DNA of 64,000 nt from Blastocatellia bacterium (GTDB lineage: Bacteria; Acidobacteriota; Blastocatellia; UBA7656; JADIYM01): NCBI GenBank assembly GCA_021463145.1, contig JAJTWZ010000005.1:54152-118151 (forward strand). Direction: 5' to 3'. This document shows, one piece after another, positions 10,224 to 19,888 of the stretch. The notes beneath the pieces are model-generated. The model saw only the letters and a list, made by a program, of their open reading frames with translations. It was not told the DNA's origin and did no database searches. A program made the translations under genes and the position numbers. Position 1 is the first letter of the stretch; each line of letters starts with the position of its first letter.

Positions 10224-11254
10224 TACTGAGGCCTCCCGCCGATTTCCTGGCTTGGCATAGTCGCCGGACCCGTCCGCAGCGACCTGATCTCCGGCAGCGG
10301 CGCGTTGCCGCCACAGAGCACGAGCACGACGTGGCCACCTGGCGCGAAGCGGCGCCTGAGTTTCCACGCCGCCGACAGCGTGCAGGAAGCGGCGGGCTCC
10401 GTGAGCACCTTCGCGCGTTCGAGGATCTCCCACAGATCGCGAATCGTATCGGCGTCGGAAACGACCACGACATCGTCGACGAATCGCTGCGCGAGCCGCA
10501 GCGTGCGCTCGGAGACAGCCGCGACGGCAAGCGTCCTGGCGATCGTATCCACACGCCGCAGCCGCTCCACGCGTCCCGCCGCGAGCGACCGCGTCATCGA
10601 AGCCGCGCCTTCTGTCTCGACGCCCCAGAGCCTGGAATCCGGACGGCGCAGCTTGAGCGCTGCGCCGACGCCACCTGCCAGCCCGCCGCCTCCAATGCTG
10701 ACGATCACGTCGGTGACCTCCGGCAGGTCTTCGACGATCTCCAGACCGATGGTGCCCTGTCCGGCGATCACGAGCGGGTCGTCGAAGGGATGTATGCATA
10801 CGAACCCGGCGCGCTCCAGGCGAGCCGCTTCGGCGAAGGCGTCGTCGAGCGACGCATGAAACGCCACTTCCGCACCGTAACCTCGAGTCGCCTCGACATA
10901 GTTCGGCGGCGTCGCCTCGGGCATGAGGATGCGTGCGCGCGTTCCGAGCGCGCGGGCAGCGTAGGCAACAGCCTGCGCGTGGTTGCCGCCGCTGACCGCC
11001 ACGACACCGCGTGCGCGCTCGGACCGGGTCAGCCCGAGCATCCGGTTGAATGCGCCGCGCACCTTGAAGGCGCCCGTCTTCTGAAAGAGCTCGAGCTTGA
11101 GGTAGACGTTCGTCCCGAGCCGGTCGCTGAGCGACGCGCTTCGAACCAGTGGCGTGCGGCGAACGTGGGGCGCAATCGCCAGGGCCGCCTCCTCGATATC
11201 CTCGAGGGTGACGAACGCGTCGCGACTCGCCGCCTCCACGGCCGGCAGGCTCAC
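10223..11254 (-). CDS. ilvA: PLP-dependent threonine/serine dehydratase, short form without ACT domain
   Basis: [45 protein letters not shown]; context within the ilv operon. Confidence 0.85.
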   Translation of the reverse strand: MSLPAVEAASRDAFVTLEDIEEAALAIAPHVRRTPLVRSASLSDRLGTNVYLKLELFQKTGAFKVRGAFNRMLGLTRSERARGVVAVSGGNHAQAVAYAARALGTRARILMPEATPPNYVEATRGYGAEVAFHASLDDAFAEAARLERAGFVCIHPFDDPLVIAGQGTIGLEIVEDLPEVTDVIVSIGGGGLAGGVGAALKLRRPDSRLWGVETEGAASMTRSLAAGRVERLRRVDTIARTLAVAAVSERTLRLAQRFVDDVVVVSDADTIRDLWEILERAKVLTEPAASCTLSAAWKLRRRFAPGGHVVLVLCGGNAPLPEIRSLRTGPATMPSQEIGGRPQ

Positions 11255-11535
11255 GACTCCACCTCGCTTCGCTGCTTCATTTCCGAAAGCGCCGCCAGAG
11301 TGGTGTGGCGCTCTCCGAGAAGCCGCGTCGCGTGGGTGTACATCGTGCGGCCCGCGTCGGTCAGGACGCGCTTCGAGCGATCCGAGCGGTCGAAGAGCGA
11401 AACGCCGATCTCACCCTCCAGCTTCCGCAATGCGATGCTGACGGCGGGCGGGGTGCGCCGCACGCGGCGGGCGGCTCTCTGAACGCTGCCTTCCTCGACG
11501 GCCGCGACGAACATCTCGAGTTGCATGAATTCCAT
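11251..11535 (-). CDS. LysR-family wHTH-only mini-regulator (94 aa, no effector-binding domain)
   Basis: [56 protein letters not shown] is the LysR HTH signature; SD AAGGA; stop overlaps the ilvA start (GTGA). Confidence 0.85.
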   Translation of the reverse strand: MEFMQLEMFVAAVEEGSVQRAARRVRRTPPAVSIALRKLEGEIGVSLFDRSDRSKRVLTDAGRTMYTHATRLLGERHTTLAALSEMKQRSEVES

Positions 11536-11546
11536 GTATCGATTCC

Positions 11547-12509
11547 TTACTTCGCCCGAGCGCCGGCCGGCGCGCATACGTCGAGCGTCGCGACGGGCGC
11601 GAGCCAACTCGCATACCTGGGCTGCCGCGCGGTTACAGCCAACCGGAAGACCTCCTGAATGCGCGCCGTCAGCGGACCCGGCAACGTGCAACTGATCGGC
11701 TCGCCGTCGAGTTCGGCGATCGGGGCAATCTCGGCGGCGGTTCCGGTAAGAAACGCCTCGTCCGCCTCGCGAAGCTCCGAAAGCTGGAAGCTGCGCACCT
11801 CCACGTCGATGCCGAGGTCGCGAGCGATGCGGATGACGGAGTCCCGGGTGATACCGAGAAGGATGGGGCTCTCGGACCCGTTCGTCACGAGCCGCCCGTT
11901 GCGCACGAAGAAGACGTTCTCTCCAGCGGCCTCCGCTACCTCGCCCGCCGTGGACAGCAGGATGGCCTCGTCGAACCCACGCGCCCTGGCTTCGCGGACC
12001 GCGAGCAGCGAGTTCGTGTAATGTCCGCAGGCTTTCGCATTCGGCGGCAATGCCGAGGCCGGAAACTTGCGCCACGGGCTGACCGTCACGCGGATCCCCT
12101 CCGTGAGCGACCGTTCGCCGTGAAGTGCGGCCCAGGGCCACGCAAGCACGGCGACTTCGACAGGACAGCCGGCAGCGTCGAGACCCAGCACGTTCGACCC
12201 GAGCCAGCAGACCGGACGGACGTAGCAGGCCCGCAAGCCATTTGCCCGTATCGTCTCCAAGACGGCCTCGGCCATTTCCCCTCGGGTGAATGGAATATCG
12301 AAGCCATATGTGGCAGCCGAAGCGAACAGCCGCTCGATGTGGTCGTCGAGCCTGAAGACGGCAGGCCCGTCGCCGGTGTCGTAGCAGCGGATTCCCTCGA
12401 ACACGCCGCTGCCGTAGTGAAGTCCGTGCGCCGAGATATGAGCCGAAGACTCGCGCCAGTTCACGAGCTCTCCGTTCATCCAGACCTGAAGCGATCCATC
12501 GAAAGCCAT
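11547..12509 (-). CDS. ilvE: Branched-chain amino acid aminotransferase
   Basis: HGLHYGSGVFEGIR, FRLDDH, AKACGHY, EAAGENVF, LLGITR, EAFLTGTAAE. Confidence 0.95.
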   Translation of the reverse strand: MAFDGSLQVWMNGELVNWRESSAHISAHGLHYGSGVFEGIRCYDTGDGPAVFRLDDHIERLFASAATYGFDIPFTRGEMAEAVLETIRANGLRACYVRPVCWLGSNVLGLDAAGCPVEVAVLAWPWAALHGERSLTEGIRVTVSPWRKFPASALPPNAKACGHYTNSLLAVREARARGFDEAILLSTAGEVAEAAGENVFFVRNGRLVTNGSESPILLGITRDSVIRIARDLGIDVEVRSFQLSELREADEAFLTGTAAEIAPIAELDGEPISCTLPGPLTARIQEVFRLAVTARQPRYASWLAPVATLDVCAPAGARAK

Positions 12510-12524
12510 CTGCTCTCCACCTCC

Positions 12525-13862
12525 TCAGTTTCTTGCCCGGTCGACCAGGCGTCTCTCCTCGAGCCAGGGCATCATCGACCGCAGGCGCCGGCCCACGCCC
12601 TCGAGCGAGTGCTCGGACGCGGCGGCCTCGAGCGCCGTGAACCGCGCCCCGCCGGCCTCGCACTCGGCCATCCATTCGTCGGCGAATGCTCCCGACCGGA
12701 TCTCGTCGAGCACGTCCCGCATTCGCTCGCGAACGCGATCGTCCACGAGGCGCGGACCGCGGGTCAGATCGCCGTACTCGGCGGTGTTCGAAACCGAATA
12801 GCGCATGTTGGCGAGACCGCCTTCGTAGACGAGATCCACGATGAGCTTGAGTTCGTGGAGGCACTCGAAGTAGGCCATCTCGGGAGCGTAGCCGGCCTCG
12901 ACCAGCGTCTCGTATCCGGCTACCACGAGGGCGCTCACGCCTCCGCACAGCACGGCCTGCTCACCGAAGAGATCCGTCTCGGTCTCTTCGCGGAACGACG
13001 TCTCGAGGATCGCGGCGCGGCCGCCCCCGATGCCGGCAGCGTACGCAAGCGCAACGTCTCGCGTGTCGCCAGAAGGATCCTGGTGGATCGCGACGAGGCA
13101 TGGCACGCCACGACCCTGGGTAAACTCGTACCTTTCGAGGTGGCCTGGCGCCTTCGGTGCAACCATGAAGACGTTCGTCTCCGGGGGCGGCACGACCTTC
13201 GCGAAATGGATGGCGAAGCCGTGCGAGAAGCCCAGGTATCCGCCGGGACGAAGGTTCGGTGCCACCGCGTCGGCGTAGACCTGCGGCATCCTTTCGTCCG
13301 GAACGAGCATTACGACGACCTCGGCCCGGGCAGCGGCGTCGCCCGGTTCGAGCACGGTGAATCCGGCGTTCTCGGCCTTTGCCCACGATGGACTGTCCGG
13401 CCTCAGCCCGACTACCACGTCGAAGCCCGAATCGCGTAGGTTGTTCGCCTGCGCAAATCCCTGGGACCCGTACCCGATCACCGCGATGGTGCGAGTCTCG
13501 AGGGGTTCCCTGCCGATGTCGCTGTCTCTGTAGATTCGCATTCGACTGTCCTCCCGATTGTTGTTCTTGCGTTGGGATCCCGATTCGGCAACGAGGCCCG
13601 CGGCCGGCGGCCCGTCGAACTCGACCAGGGTGGCGGCGGGGCGCACGGCCACTTCGACGACCCGGACTTGCGACGCAAGGAGCCTGCAAAGCCGCTCGGC
13701 CTGCCGGTCGTCGCACTCGGTCAGGATGTCGATATGCATCAGGTCGCCGCGTTTTACGGCCGTGACGCCCACCAGCGGGTATCCCCGCCCGCTGCAGAGG
13801 CCGACGATGCGCGGCAGTTCGCCGAAGCGGTCGTCGGCGACGATCGAGAAAAGTTGTTTCAT
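12525..13862 (-). CDS. ilvC: In-frame ACT-domain (IlvH/IlvN-like, 13862-13542) plus ketol-acid reductoisomerase (internal ATG 13541)
   Basis: IlvC motifs [46 protein letters not shown]; the 107 upstream codons resemble the AHAS small-subunit ACT domain with no intervening stop; strong SD GGGAGG before ATG 13541. Confidence 0.9.
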   Translation of the reverse strand: MKQLFSIVADDRFGELPRIVGLCSGRGYPLVGVTAVKRGDLMHIDILTECDDRQAERLCRLLASQVRVVEVAVRPAATLVEFDGPPAAGLVAESGSQRKNNNREDSRMRIYRDSDIGREPLETRTIAVIGYGSQGFAQANNLRDSGFDVVVGLRPDSPSWAKAENAGFTVLEPGDAAARAEVVVMLVPDERMPQVYADAVAPNLRPGGYLGFSHGFAIHFAKVVPPPETNVFMVAPKAPGHLERYEFTQGRGVPCLVAIHQDPSGDTRDVALAYAAGIGGGRAAILETSFREETETDLFGEQAVLCGGVSALVVAGYETLVEAGYAPEMAYFECLHELKLIVDLVYEGGLANMRYSVSNTAEYGDLTRGPRLVDDRVRERMRDVLDEIRSGAFADEWMAECEAGGARFTALEAAASEHSLEGVGRRLRSMMPWLEERRLVDRARN

Positions 13863-15601
13863 GAGAGCACCATCTCCTGCGGTGCCGCGCCGGGCGGGAC
13901 CATTGGGAACACGTTTTCCTCGGGGTCCACGAGGATGTCCATGACGACGACTCCGGGGCGCGAGAGGCCCTCTTCGAGCACCCCGGCGAGATCTTCGGGA
14001 CGGGTCGCGCGAAGTCCCGTGGCTCCATATGCCTCGGCCAGTTTCACGAAGTCGGGATTGCCGTCCATCGCGACTGCCGAGTAGACCCCTTCATAGAAGA
14101 TCTGCTGCCACTGGCGGACCATTCCCAGATAGGAGTTGTTCATTACGACGACCTTCGTGTTCGTCCCGTACAGAACCGCCGTCGAGAGCTCCTGGGCGGT
14201 CATCTGGAATCCCCCGTCGCCCACGAATGCGATGACGAGCTCGTCTGGCCGGCCGATCTGCGCGCCGATCGCGGCCGGGAGGCCGAAGCCCATCGTCCCG
14301 AGCCCCCCGGACGTGAGTGACTGACGCGGCTCTCCGAACCGGTAGTACTGAGCCAGCCACATCTGGTGCTGCCCTACGTCGGTCGCGACGATCGCCCTGC
14401 CATCGGTGATCCTCTGCAGCTCTTCGCAGAGCTGCTGCGGCTTGATGACGTTCGCGGACGGCTCGTAGCGGAGCGGCGCGAAGTCCTTCCATTCCTGGAT
14501 CCGCTCCCACCAGCCGGACAGGCGGCCCTCGGCGGACTCCACGCCGGAAGTCGCGGCGAGCAGACCTCGAAGGGCGTCGCGTGCATCGGCAACGAGCCCA
14601 ACGTGAGGTCTGACGATCTTGCCGACCGACGCCGGATCGACGTCGATGTGGACGACCTCCGCCTTAGGCGCGAACTTGTTTACGAGACCCGTGACCCGGT
14701 CGTCGAAGCGGGCGCCGACCGATACGAGCAGATCGGCCTCCGATACTGCCATGTTCGCCCAGTACGTTCCGTGCATGCCGAGCATTCCAAGGCAGAGCGG
14801 ATGGCCCGCGGGAAAGGCGCCGAGGCCCATCAGCGTGGGCGTCACCGGAATGTCTAACCGCTCCGCGAGCGCCAGCAACTCCACTGCGGCATCCGCGTGA
14901 ACGACGCCGCCGCCTACGTAGAGCACCGGCCGGCGCGCCGCGACGAGTTTCTCCGCGACGCGGCGCAAAACTGACGGGTCCGGCCTGCCGCTCGAGCGAA
15001 ACCGCAGCGAAGGCGCCCAACCGGATGACGAACGCGTCGCCTTGTCGGCCGTGACGTCCTTGGGAATGTCGATGAGGACCGGGCCCGGCCGGCCGGAAGT
15101 GGCCACGTGGAACGCTTCGTGGACGATGTCGTCCAGGTCGCGAACGTCCCTGACGATGTAGCTGTACTTGGTGCACGGCCGGGTGATGCCGACCGTGTCG
15201 ACTTCCTGGAACGCGTCGGAGCCGATCATCGGCCTGGGAACTTGGCCGGTGATGACGACCAGAGGTGTCGAGTCGCAGTAGGCATTCGCAATTCCGGTGA
15301 CGGCGTTCGTCGCGCCAGGCCCGGAAGTAACGAGAACCACGCCGGGCTTGCCCGTCGCCTTCGCGTATCCCTCGGCCATGTGGACCGCGCCCTGCTCGTG
15401 ACGTACCAGGACGTGATTCAACTCGGCTCGCATAGCAGCGAGTTCGTCGTAGACGTGAAGCACGGCTCCGCCCGGGTATCCGAAGACGGTGTCGACGCCT
15501 TCGGAGACGAGCGCCTCGCACAGGAGGCGGGCGCCGCGGACGAGTTCCCTTTCGGACGCCGCCAGTCCCGCGGCGATTGGCTGTGATGCGGATGCTGTCA
15601 T
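13859..15601 (-). CDS. ilvB: Acetolactate synthase large subunit
   Basis: [52 protein letters not shown]; SD GGAG before ATG 15601. Confidence 0.95.
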   Translation of the reverse strand: MTASASQPIAAGLAASERELVRGARLLCEALVSEGVDTVFGYPGGAVLHVYDELAAMRAELNHVLVRHEQGAVHMAEGYAKATGKPGVVLVTSGPGATNAVTGIANAYCDSTPLVVITGQVPRPMIGSDAFQEVDTVGITRPCTKYSYIVRDVRDLDDIVHEAFHVATSGRPGPVLIDIPKDVTADKATRSSSGWAPSLRFRSSGRPDPSVLRRVAEKLVAARRPVLYVGGGVVHADAAVELLALAERLDIPVTPTLMGLGAFPAGHPLCLGMLGMHGTYWANMAVSEADLLVSVGARFDDRVTGLVNKFAPKAEVVHIDVDPASVGKIVRPHVGLVADARDALRGLLAATSGVESAEGRLSGWWERIQEWKDFAPLRYEPSANVIKPQQLCEELQRITDGRAIVATDVGQHQMWLAQYYRFGEPRQSLTSGGLGTMGFGLPAAIGAQIGRPDELVIAFVGDGGFQMTAQELSTAVLYGTNTKVVVMNNSYLGMVRQWQQIFYEGVYSAVAMDGNPDFVKLAEAYGATGLRATRPEDLAGVLEEGLSRPGVVVMDILVDPEENVFPMVPPGAAPQEMVLS

Positions 15602-15617
15602 TGACCCTTCTCTCCAC

Positions 15618-15659
15618 AAAAAAAGAAAAAGGCCGCCCCCCTTTTACGGGTGACGGCCT
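15618..15659 (-). terminator. Intrinsic terminator of the ilv attenuator
   Basis: Minus strand AGGCCGTCACCCGTAAAAGGGGGGCGGCCTTTTTCTTTTTTT is a GC hairpin followed by a U-tract, just upstream of the ilvB SD. Confidence 0.9.
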
Positions 15660-15693
15660 GTGCATACACGAAGTGTTCGCTAAAGTGTGGCCG

Positions 15694-15852
15694 TCACCCG
15701 GTGGGACTCGCTACGATGAGCCCGCTAATGGCGATGACTACTACTACAGCGACCGGGACAACGAGCGAGACGGCGGCGCCGCCGCGGACGAAGCGTGGAG
15801 CTTCGCCGGACAGGGCGCGGTCGATCGGACTCGTTTGCAGGTTGCGTTCCAT
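15694..15852 (-). CDS. ilvL: ilv operon leader (attenuator) peptide, 52 aa
   Basis: Manual translation MERNLQTSPIDRALSGEAPRFVRGGAAVSLVVPVAVVVVIAISGLIVASPTG*; Val/Ile/Leu run; stop lies inside the antiterminator strand CGGGTGACGGCC. Not in the ORF track; exact start is uncertain. Confidence 0.85.
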   Translation of the reverse strand: MERNLQTSPIDRALSGEAPRFVRGGAAVSLVVPVAVVVVIAISGLIVASPTG

Positions 15853-15881
15853 TGCTTGCGCGGCGATTGCGCCGGACGACC

Positions 15882-15946
15882 GTTATACCAGCGAACCGGT
15901 GGCAATAGGCAAGTTAATAGTTTTTACGAGGTGGCAATGTCATTGC
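15882..15946 (-). promoter_or_regulatory. Putative ilv promoter (extended -10 TGGTATAAC), LysR-type T-N11-A box and palindrome
   Basis: TATAAC at 15887-15882 preceded by TGG; AT-rich TTAATAGTTTTTA at 15914-15926; GCAATG-T-CATTGC at 15934-15946. Confidence 0.45.
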
Positions 15947-15976
15947 GTGACTGCCGCGTAGAGCCGATCGGGCCCG

Positions 15977-17956
15977 CTACGGATCCACCGCGATGAACTG
16001 TGCATTCACCCATCCCGCCTTGCCCCCTGCGCTCCGCACGCGGAACCAGGTCTTCTCTCCTGACGTCACGTCGCGTTTGAAGACGTACCCACGAATCGTC
16101 CGTCCGCGATCGGTGGTCTCGACGTAGAAGGAGTCGCCCGCATCTCGCAGGATGATCACCCCGCGCCCGCTTGGCAGTGTAGACGGAGAGCCCGCCGAAT
16201 CGCCGCTGAACCGCGCTTCGCGGGCGATCACGCCTTCGTTCGCGTTCGTGTTCTCCTGCTCGGCGAGGACTTCGACGCGCTCCCCCGAATCGAGCAATCC
16301 GACCGCGGCGCCGCGAATGCTCGGCGAGTCGCGCACCGTCACTTTCGACGAAGTGACCCGCCCCGTCCGCGTGCCGCCACCGGTGTTCCGATTCTCGTTC
16401 GGAACGGCCGTGTTCGTGTTCCGATTCGCCGCTGTGTTCTCGTTCTTGACGGGCGGTAGCAGGACGTTCGAGCTTGGAGGAACGCCGGTATTCGTGTTCG
16501 TCAGGGGATCGATGCCGCCCTTGCCGCCACTCACGTCCGAATTGGAATTGGGGACGCCGCTTCCGGCGCGGTCCGCCGTGAACCGCTCGATAGCGTACTT
16601 CGCCCCGATCCCGAGTCCGACTCCGATCGCAAGCAGCACCACGCCCACCAGCACTTTCAATACGGCCGGCATCCCGGACTTCGCCGCCTCGGGTGGCGCC
16701 TGCTGCGGTACGGTGCGCCCCGGCATCTCCATCGCCGTTGGCGCATAGACGGGCTGCGGAGGATAAGCGGGCCCGCCGTGAAGGTGCCCCAGCGGCGAGC
16801 CCTCCTGCAGATGCGCAAGCGGAGATGGCGACGGACTCGAAGGAGCCGGCGGAGTCGTGGCCGACGTCGAGACCTGGGCGACCGGAACCGTCATCGGCGC
16901 CGGCGCAAGCGGCATTGCCTCGGTCGACTGCGGCGACGCATTTGCCGCGCGAACGGCAGTTGAAAGCTCCTTCGCGAATTCGCCGGCGGACTGCTGCCTC
17001 GCCTCCGGCTTTTTCTGGAGCGCCCGCATCACGACCGACTCGACCGCCTGTGGAATCGACGGATTCCGGGCGCTCGGCGGCGGCGGAAGCTCGCTGACGT
17101 GAAGGGCGACGACTTCGGCGGAGTGCCTGGCGTAGAACGGCACGCTACCCGTCAGCATCTCGTAGAGGATTATCCCGAGGCTGTATATGTCGGAACGAGA
17201 ATCGACCTCGCGGCCACGGCACTGCTCGGGCGACATGTAGGCGGGGGTCCCGATGACGGTTCCGGCTTGCGTCAACGTTGCGGAGGTCGTCGACAGGTCT
17301 CGCAGCTTCGCGATCCCGAAGTCGAGCACCTTCACCCTGTATCCATTCCCGGTGGATCGGACGAGGATGTTCTCGGGCTTCAGGTCCCGATGGACGATGT
17401 CGCGCTGATGAGCTTCGTCCAGCGCCGAGCAGATCTGGTCGAGAAGTTCGGACGCCAGGGAGAGCGACAGTTTTCCGCGACGTTCGATGAGCGCTCGAAG
17501 ATCCTCTCCGTCGGCAAGCTCCATCACGAGGTAGACCGAATCGGCGGCGCCCACTCCGAAGTCGTAGATCGCCACGACGTTAGGATGTTTGAGCCTCGCC
17601 GCGGCCTGGGCCTCGCGCCGGAACCGCTCGATCGCGTTCGGATCGTGCATCGTCTCGGTATGCAGGATCTTTATGGCCACCGAATCGCCGATGAGCAGAC
17701 GCGTAGCCCGATAGACGCACCCCATGCCGCCCTCGCCGAGCAGGGCGTCGAGCCGGTACTTGCCTTCGATCGTGCGCCCGATCCGTGAGTTTGCGGCGAA
17801 CGTAGGGCCTGCGGCGGCCCACTCGTCCCGCGCGCCAACGGGCGACTGTGCGGAGGGGGCGGACGCGCCGCAACGGGGGCAGAACCTGGCCCCGTCGACA
17901 ATCTGCGTTCCACACGCGGTGCAGGTCATGAGGAAATCCCGGCGATCGGTGTCCAC
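15977..17956 (-). CDS. Membrane Ser/Thr protein kinase (zinc ribbon, kinase, Pro-rich linker, TM, SH3b-like domain)
   Basis: CTAC..CPRC; LGEGGMG, VAIK, HRDLKPEN, DFG, GTPAYMSPE; TM VLVGVVLLAIGVGLGIG; C-terminal VTVRDSPS...GWVNAQFI. Start may be ATG 17929. Confidence 0.9.
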   Translation of the reverse strand: MDTDRRDFLMTCTACGTQIVDGARFCPRCGASAPSAQSPVGARDEWAAAGPTFAANSRIGRTIEGKYRLDALLGEGGMGCVYRATRLLIGDSVAIKILHTETMHDPNAIERFRREAQAAARLKHPNVVAIYDFGVGAADSVYLVMELADGEDLRALIERRGKLSLSLASELLDQICSALDEAHQRDIVHRDLKPENILVRSTGNGYRVKVLDFGIAKLRDLSTTSATLTQAGTVIGTPAYMSPEQCRGREVDSRSDIYSLGIILYEMLTGSVPFYARHSAEVVALHVSELPPPPSARNPSIPQAVESVVMRALQKKPEARQQSAGEFAKELSTAVRAANASPQSTEAMPLAPAPMTVPVAQVSTSATTPPAPSSPSPSPLAHLQEGSPLGHLHGGPAYPPQPVYAPTAMEMPGRTVPQQAPPEAAKSGMPAVLKVLVGVVLLAIGVGLGIGAKYAIERFTADRAGSGVPNSNSDVSGGKGGIDPLTNTNTGVPPSSNVLLPPVKNENTAANRNTNTAVPNENRNTGGGTRTGRVTSSKVTVRDSPSIRGAAVGLLDSGERVEVLAEQENTNANEGVIAREARFSGDSAGSPSTLPSGRGVIILRDAGDSFYVETTDRGRTIRGYVFKRDVTSGEKTWFRVRSAGGKAGWVNAQFIAVDP

Positions 17957-18149
17957 AGGCTACGGTCCACACGGTGTCGAGTCAATCGGCGCTCGCCGGC
18001 GCGTGACGCCCTGGAGTCACGCCCACTCGACTTTCCGGAGGCGCAGTGTGCGGCCGCGGAGCGATCGAGGCAATATCCGCGGGTCGCGCGCAGGCGAGTC
18101 CGCGACCACGGAGCGGTCGATGTAATAGAAGACGCCAACAGGCCCTGCC

Positions 18150-18178
18150 TTGACGGGTCAGAGCCGCGAGACTAGCCT
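18150..18178 (+). promoter_or_regulatory. Putative sigma70 promoter
   Basis: TTGACG-17 nt-TAGCCT, 38 bp upstream of ATG 18217. Confidence 0.5.
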
Positions 18179-18216
18179 TTGCGCGACAGGCAACGCCTTC
18201 GCAACGTACCGAGTTC

Positions 18217-19146
18217 ATGCAGTTACGCCGTCCCGTCCTCGTCCGATCCGCGCTCTGCGTTGCCGCCCTCGCTGCACTCGCCGTGTTCGGAACCCGGTTC
18301 GTCCAGTCACGCTGGGAGCAGAATTCAAAGATGGAAGTTGCCGGAGACCCCGCCAGCTCCGAAATGCCCGTCGCGACCACGGCAGGTGAGCGGGGATCCG
18401 CCTCGAGCCTCGCGACGCTTCTCGGATCCAACATCGCGATCGATCGCAACGATCCGGTACAGATGCGGATTCTTGCCGACTACGGCTCCGTGTTCGTGAC
18501 CACGGCCGTCCCGCCGCCTACCGTCGTGTTCTCTGGCGACGAGCAGGTACGTCTCTGGCAGTCGAGCGTGGAGGTTTCGCGCGAGTCGCTCGGCGGCACG
18601 ACGATCGAATTGCAGTCGCCGGCGATGTCCGCCCTTCTCGAGGCTCGCGCCGAAGCAAAAGCCGCTCAGCTCGACATCACCCCGAGGGGAGCCGACGGCG
18701 CTCGCCGCAGCTACGAAGACACTGTCCGCCTGTGGACGAGCCGCGTCGACCCGGCGCTCGATCACTGGGTAACGCGTAAGAAGCTGACCGTCGAAGACCG
18801 GACCCGCATCCGGTCGTTGACTCCGCGCGACCAGATTCCCGAAGTCCTCGCCCTCGAGAAACGCGGCGTCTTTTTCAGTACCGGCTTCGACAAGTCGATT
18901 CTCTACTCCGTTGCGGCGCCGGGCACGTCGCAGCATCTGTCGATGCTTGCCCTCGACGTGGCGCAGTTCGAGAACGCGGAGGTCCGCAGGATCCTCGCAC
19001 GGCACGGATGGTTCCAGACTGTCGTGAGCGACCTGCCGCATTTCACCTATCTCGGCGTCGCCGAGGACAAGCTCGTGACGCTCGGCCTCAAGAAGGTCTC
19101 GAGTGGCGGCCGCATCTTCTGGATTCCGGACATGTCGTTACTCTGA
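18217..19146 (+). CDS. Membrane-anchored M15 (VanY-like) D,D-carboxypeptidase-family peptidase
   Basis: N-terminal TM; R(S)Y, APGTSQHLSMLALDV (SxHxxxxAxD) and DLPHF motifs. Confidence 0.75.
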   Translation: MQLRRPVLVRSALCVAALAALAVFGTRFVQSRWEQNSKMEVAGDPASSEMPVATTAGERGSASSLATLLGSNIAIDRNDPVQMRILADYGSVFVTTAVPPPTVVFSGDEQVRLWQSSVEVSRESLGGTTIELQSPAMSALLEARAEAKAAQLDITPRGADGARRSYEDTVRLWTSRVDPALDHWVTRKKLTVEDRTRIRSLTPRDQIPEVLALEKRGVFFSTGFDKSILYSVAAPGTSQHLSMLALDVAQFENAEVRRILARHGWFQTVVSDLPHFTYLGVAEDKLVTLGLKKVSSGGRIFWIPDMSLL

Positions 19147-19152
19147 GCTGCC

Positions 19153-19887
19153 ATGGAACTCGAGACAATCCAATTCGACGAGCAGGGGCTTGTGCCAACC
19201 GTTGTCCAGGATCACGCAACGGGCGACGTTCTCATGGTGGCGTGGATGAACGCCGAAAGCCTGGCAAGGACGCTGCAGACCGGAGAAACGTGGTTCTGGA
19301 GCCGCTCGCGATCGGAACTCTGGAACAAGGGCGCGTCGTCGGGAAACCGGCAGCGCGTGGTAGAGCTCCGGCTCGATTGCGACGGCGATACGCTGCTGGT
19401 CAGGGTTCATCGTGACGGACCGGCGTGCCACACGGGCGAAGATTCCTGCTTCTACAGACCGCTTGCCGGCCCGACGCCGCACGCGAACGGTTCGAGCCAG
19501 ATAGTCGCGGCCACGGCCGCGCGGGAACGCACGGTTTCCGTCGTCGACGTCGAATCGATGGAAGTCGGAATCCTGCTCAACGATCTCTCCACGCTCATCA
19601 GACTGCGCGAGGCGGAGCGGCCCGAAAATTCCTACACGACTTACCTTTTTAACAGCGGGCTCGACAAGATACTCAAGAAGGTTGGAGAAGAGGCCACCGA
19701 GACCGTCATCGCGGCAAAAAACGGCTCGTCGCGCGAACTGACGTCCGAGCTGGCCGATCTCTTCTACCATCTGCTCGTCCTGATGGTGGAGCGAGGCATC
19801 GGACTCACCGACGTATGCCGCGAGCTCGCGGGGCGGGCCGGAAGACGGCCAGATCCTAAGTACGGCGTCACGGCGCGGGAGAACTGA
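19153..19887 (+). CDS. hisIE: Bifunctional phosphoribosyl-AMP cyclohydrolase / phosphoribosyl-ATP pyrophosphatase
   Basis: WSRSR..LWNKG, DCDGD, ACHTG..SCF; [17 protein letters not shown]. Confidence 0.95.
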   Translation: MELETIQFDEQGLVPTVVQDHATGDVLMVAWMNAESLARTLQTGETWFWSRSRSELWNKGASSGNRQRVVELRLDCDGDTLLVRVHRDGPACHTGEDSCFYRPLAGPTPHANGSSQIVAATAARERTVSVVDVESMEVGILLNDLSTLIRLREAERPENSYTTYLFNSGLDKILKKVGEEATETVIAAKNGSSRELTSELADLFYHLLVLMVERGIGLTDVCRELAGRAGRRPDPKYGVTAREN

Positions 19888-19888
19888 G

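Noticed and set aside
10224-10799. N-terminal extensions of IlvD (also TrpD 23652, GGR 29111, PPIase 21235, HDAC 6576)
   Set aside because: They mostly overlap upstream genes out of frame or have low-complexity composition; coupled downstream starts fit family lengths
11536-12948. 565-aa ORF suggesting a long protein with a C-terminal LysR HTH
   Set aside because: The upstream part overlaps ilvE/ilvC in another frame and is Arg-rich noise; the SD supports ATG 11535
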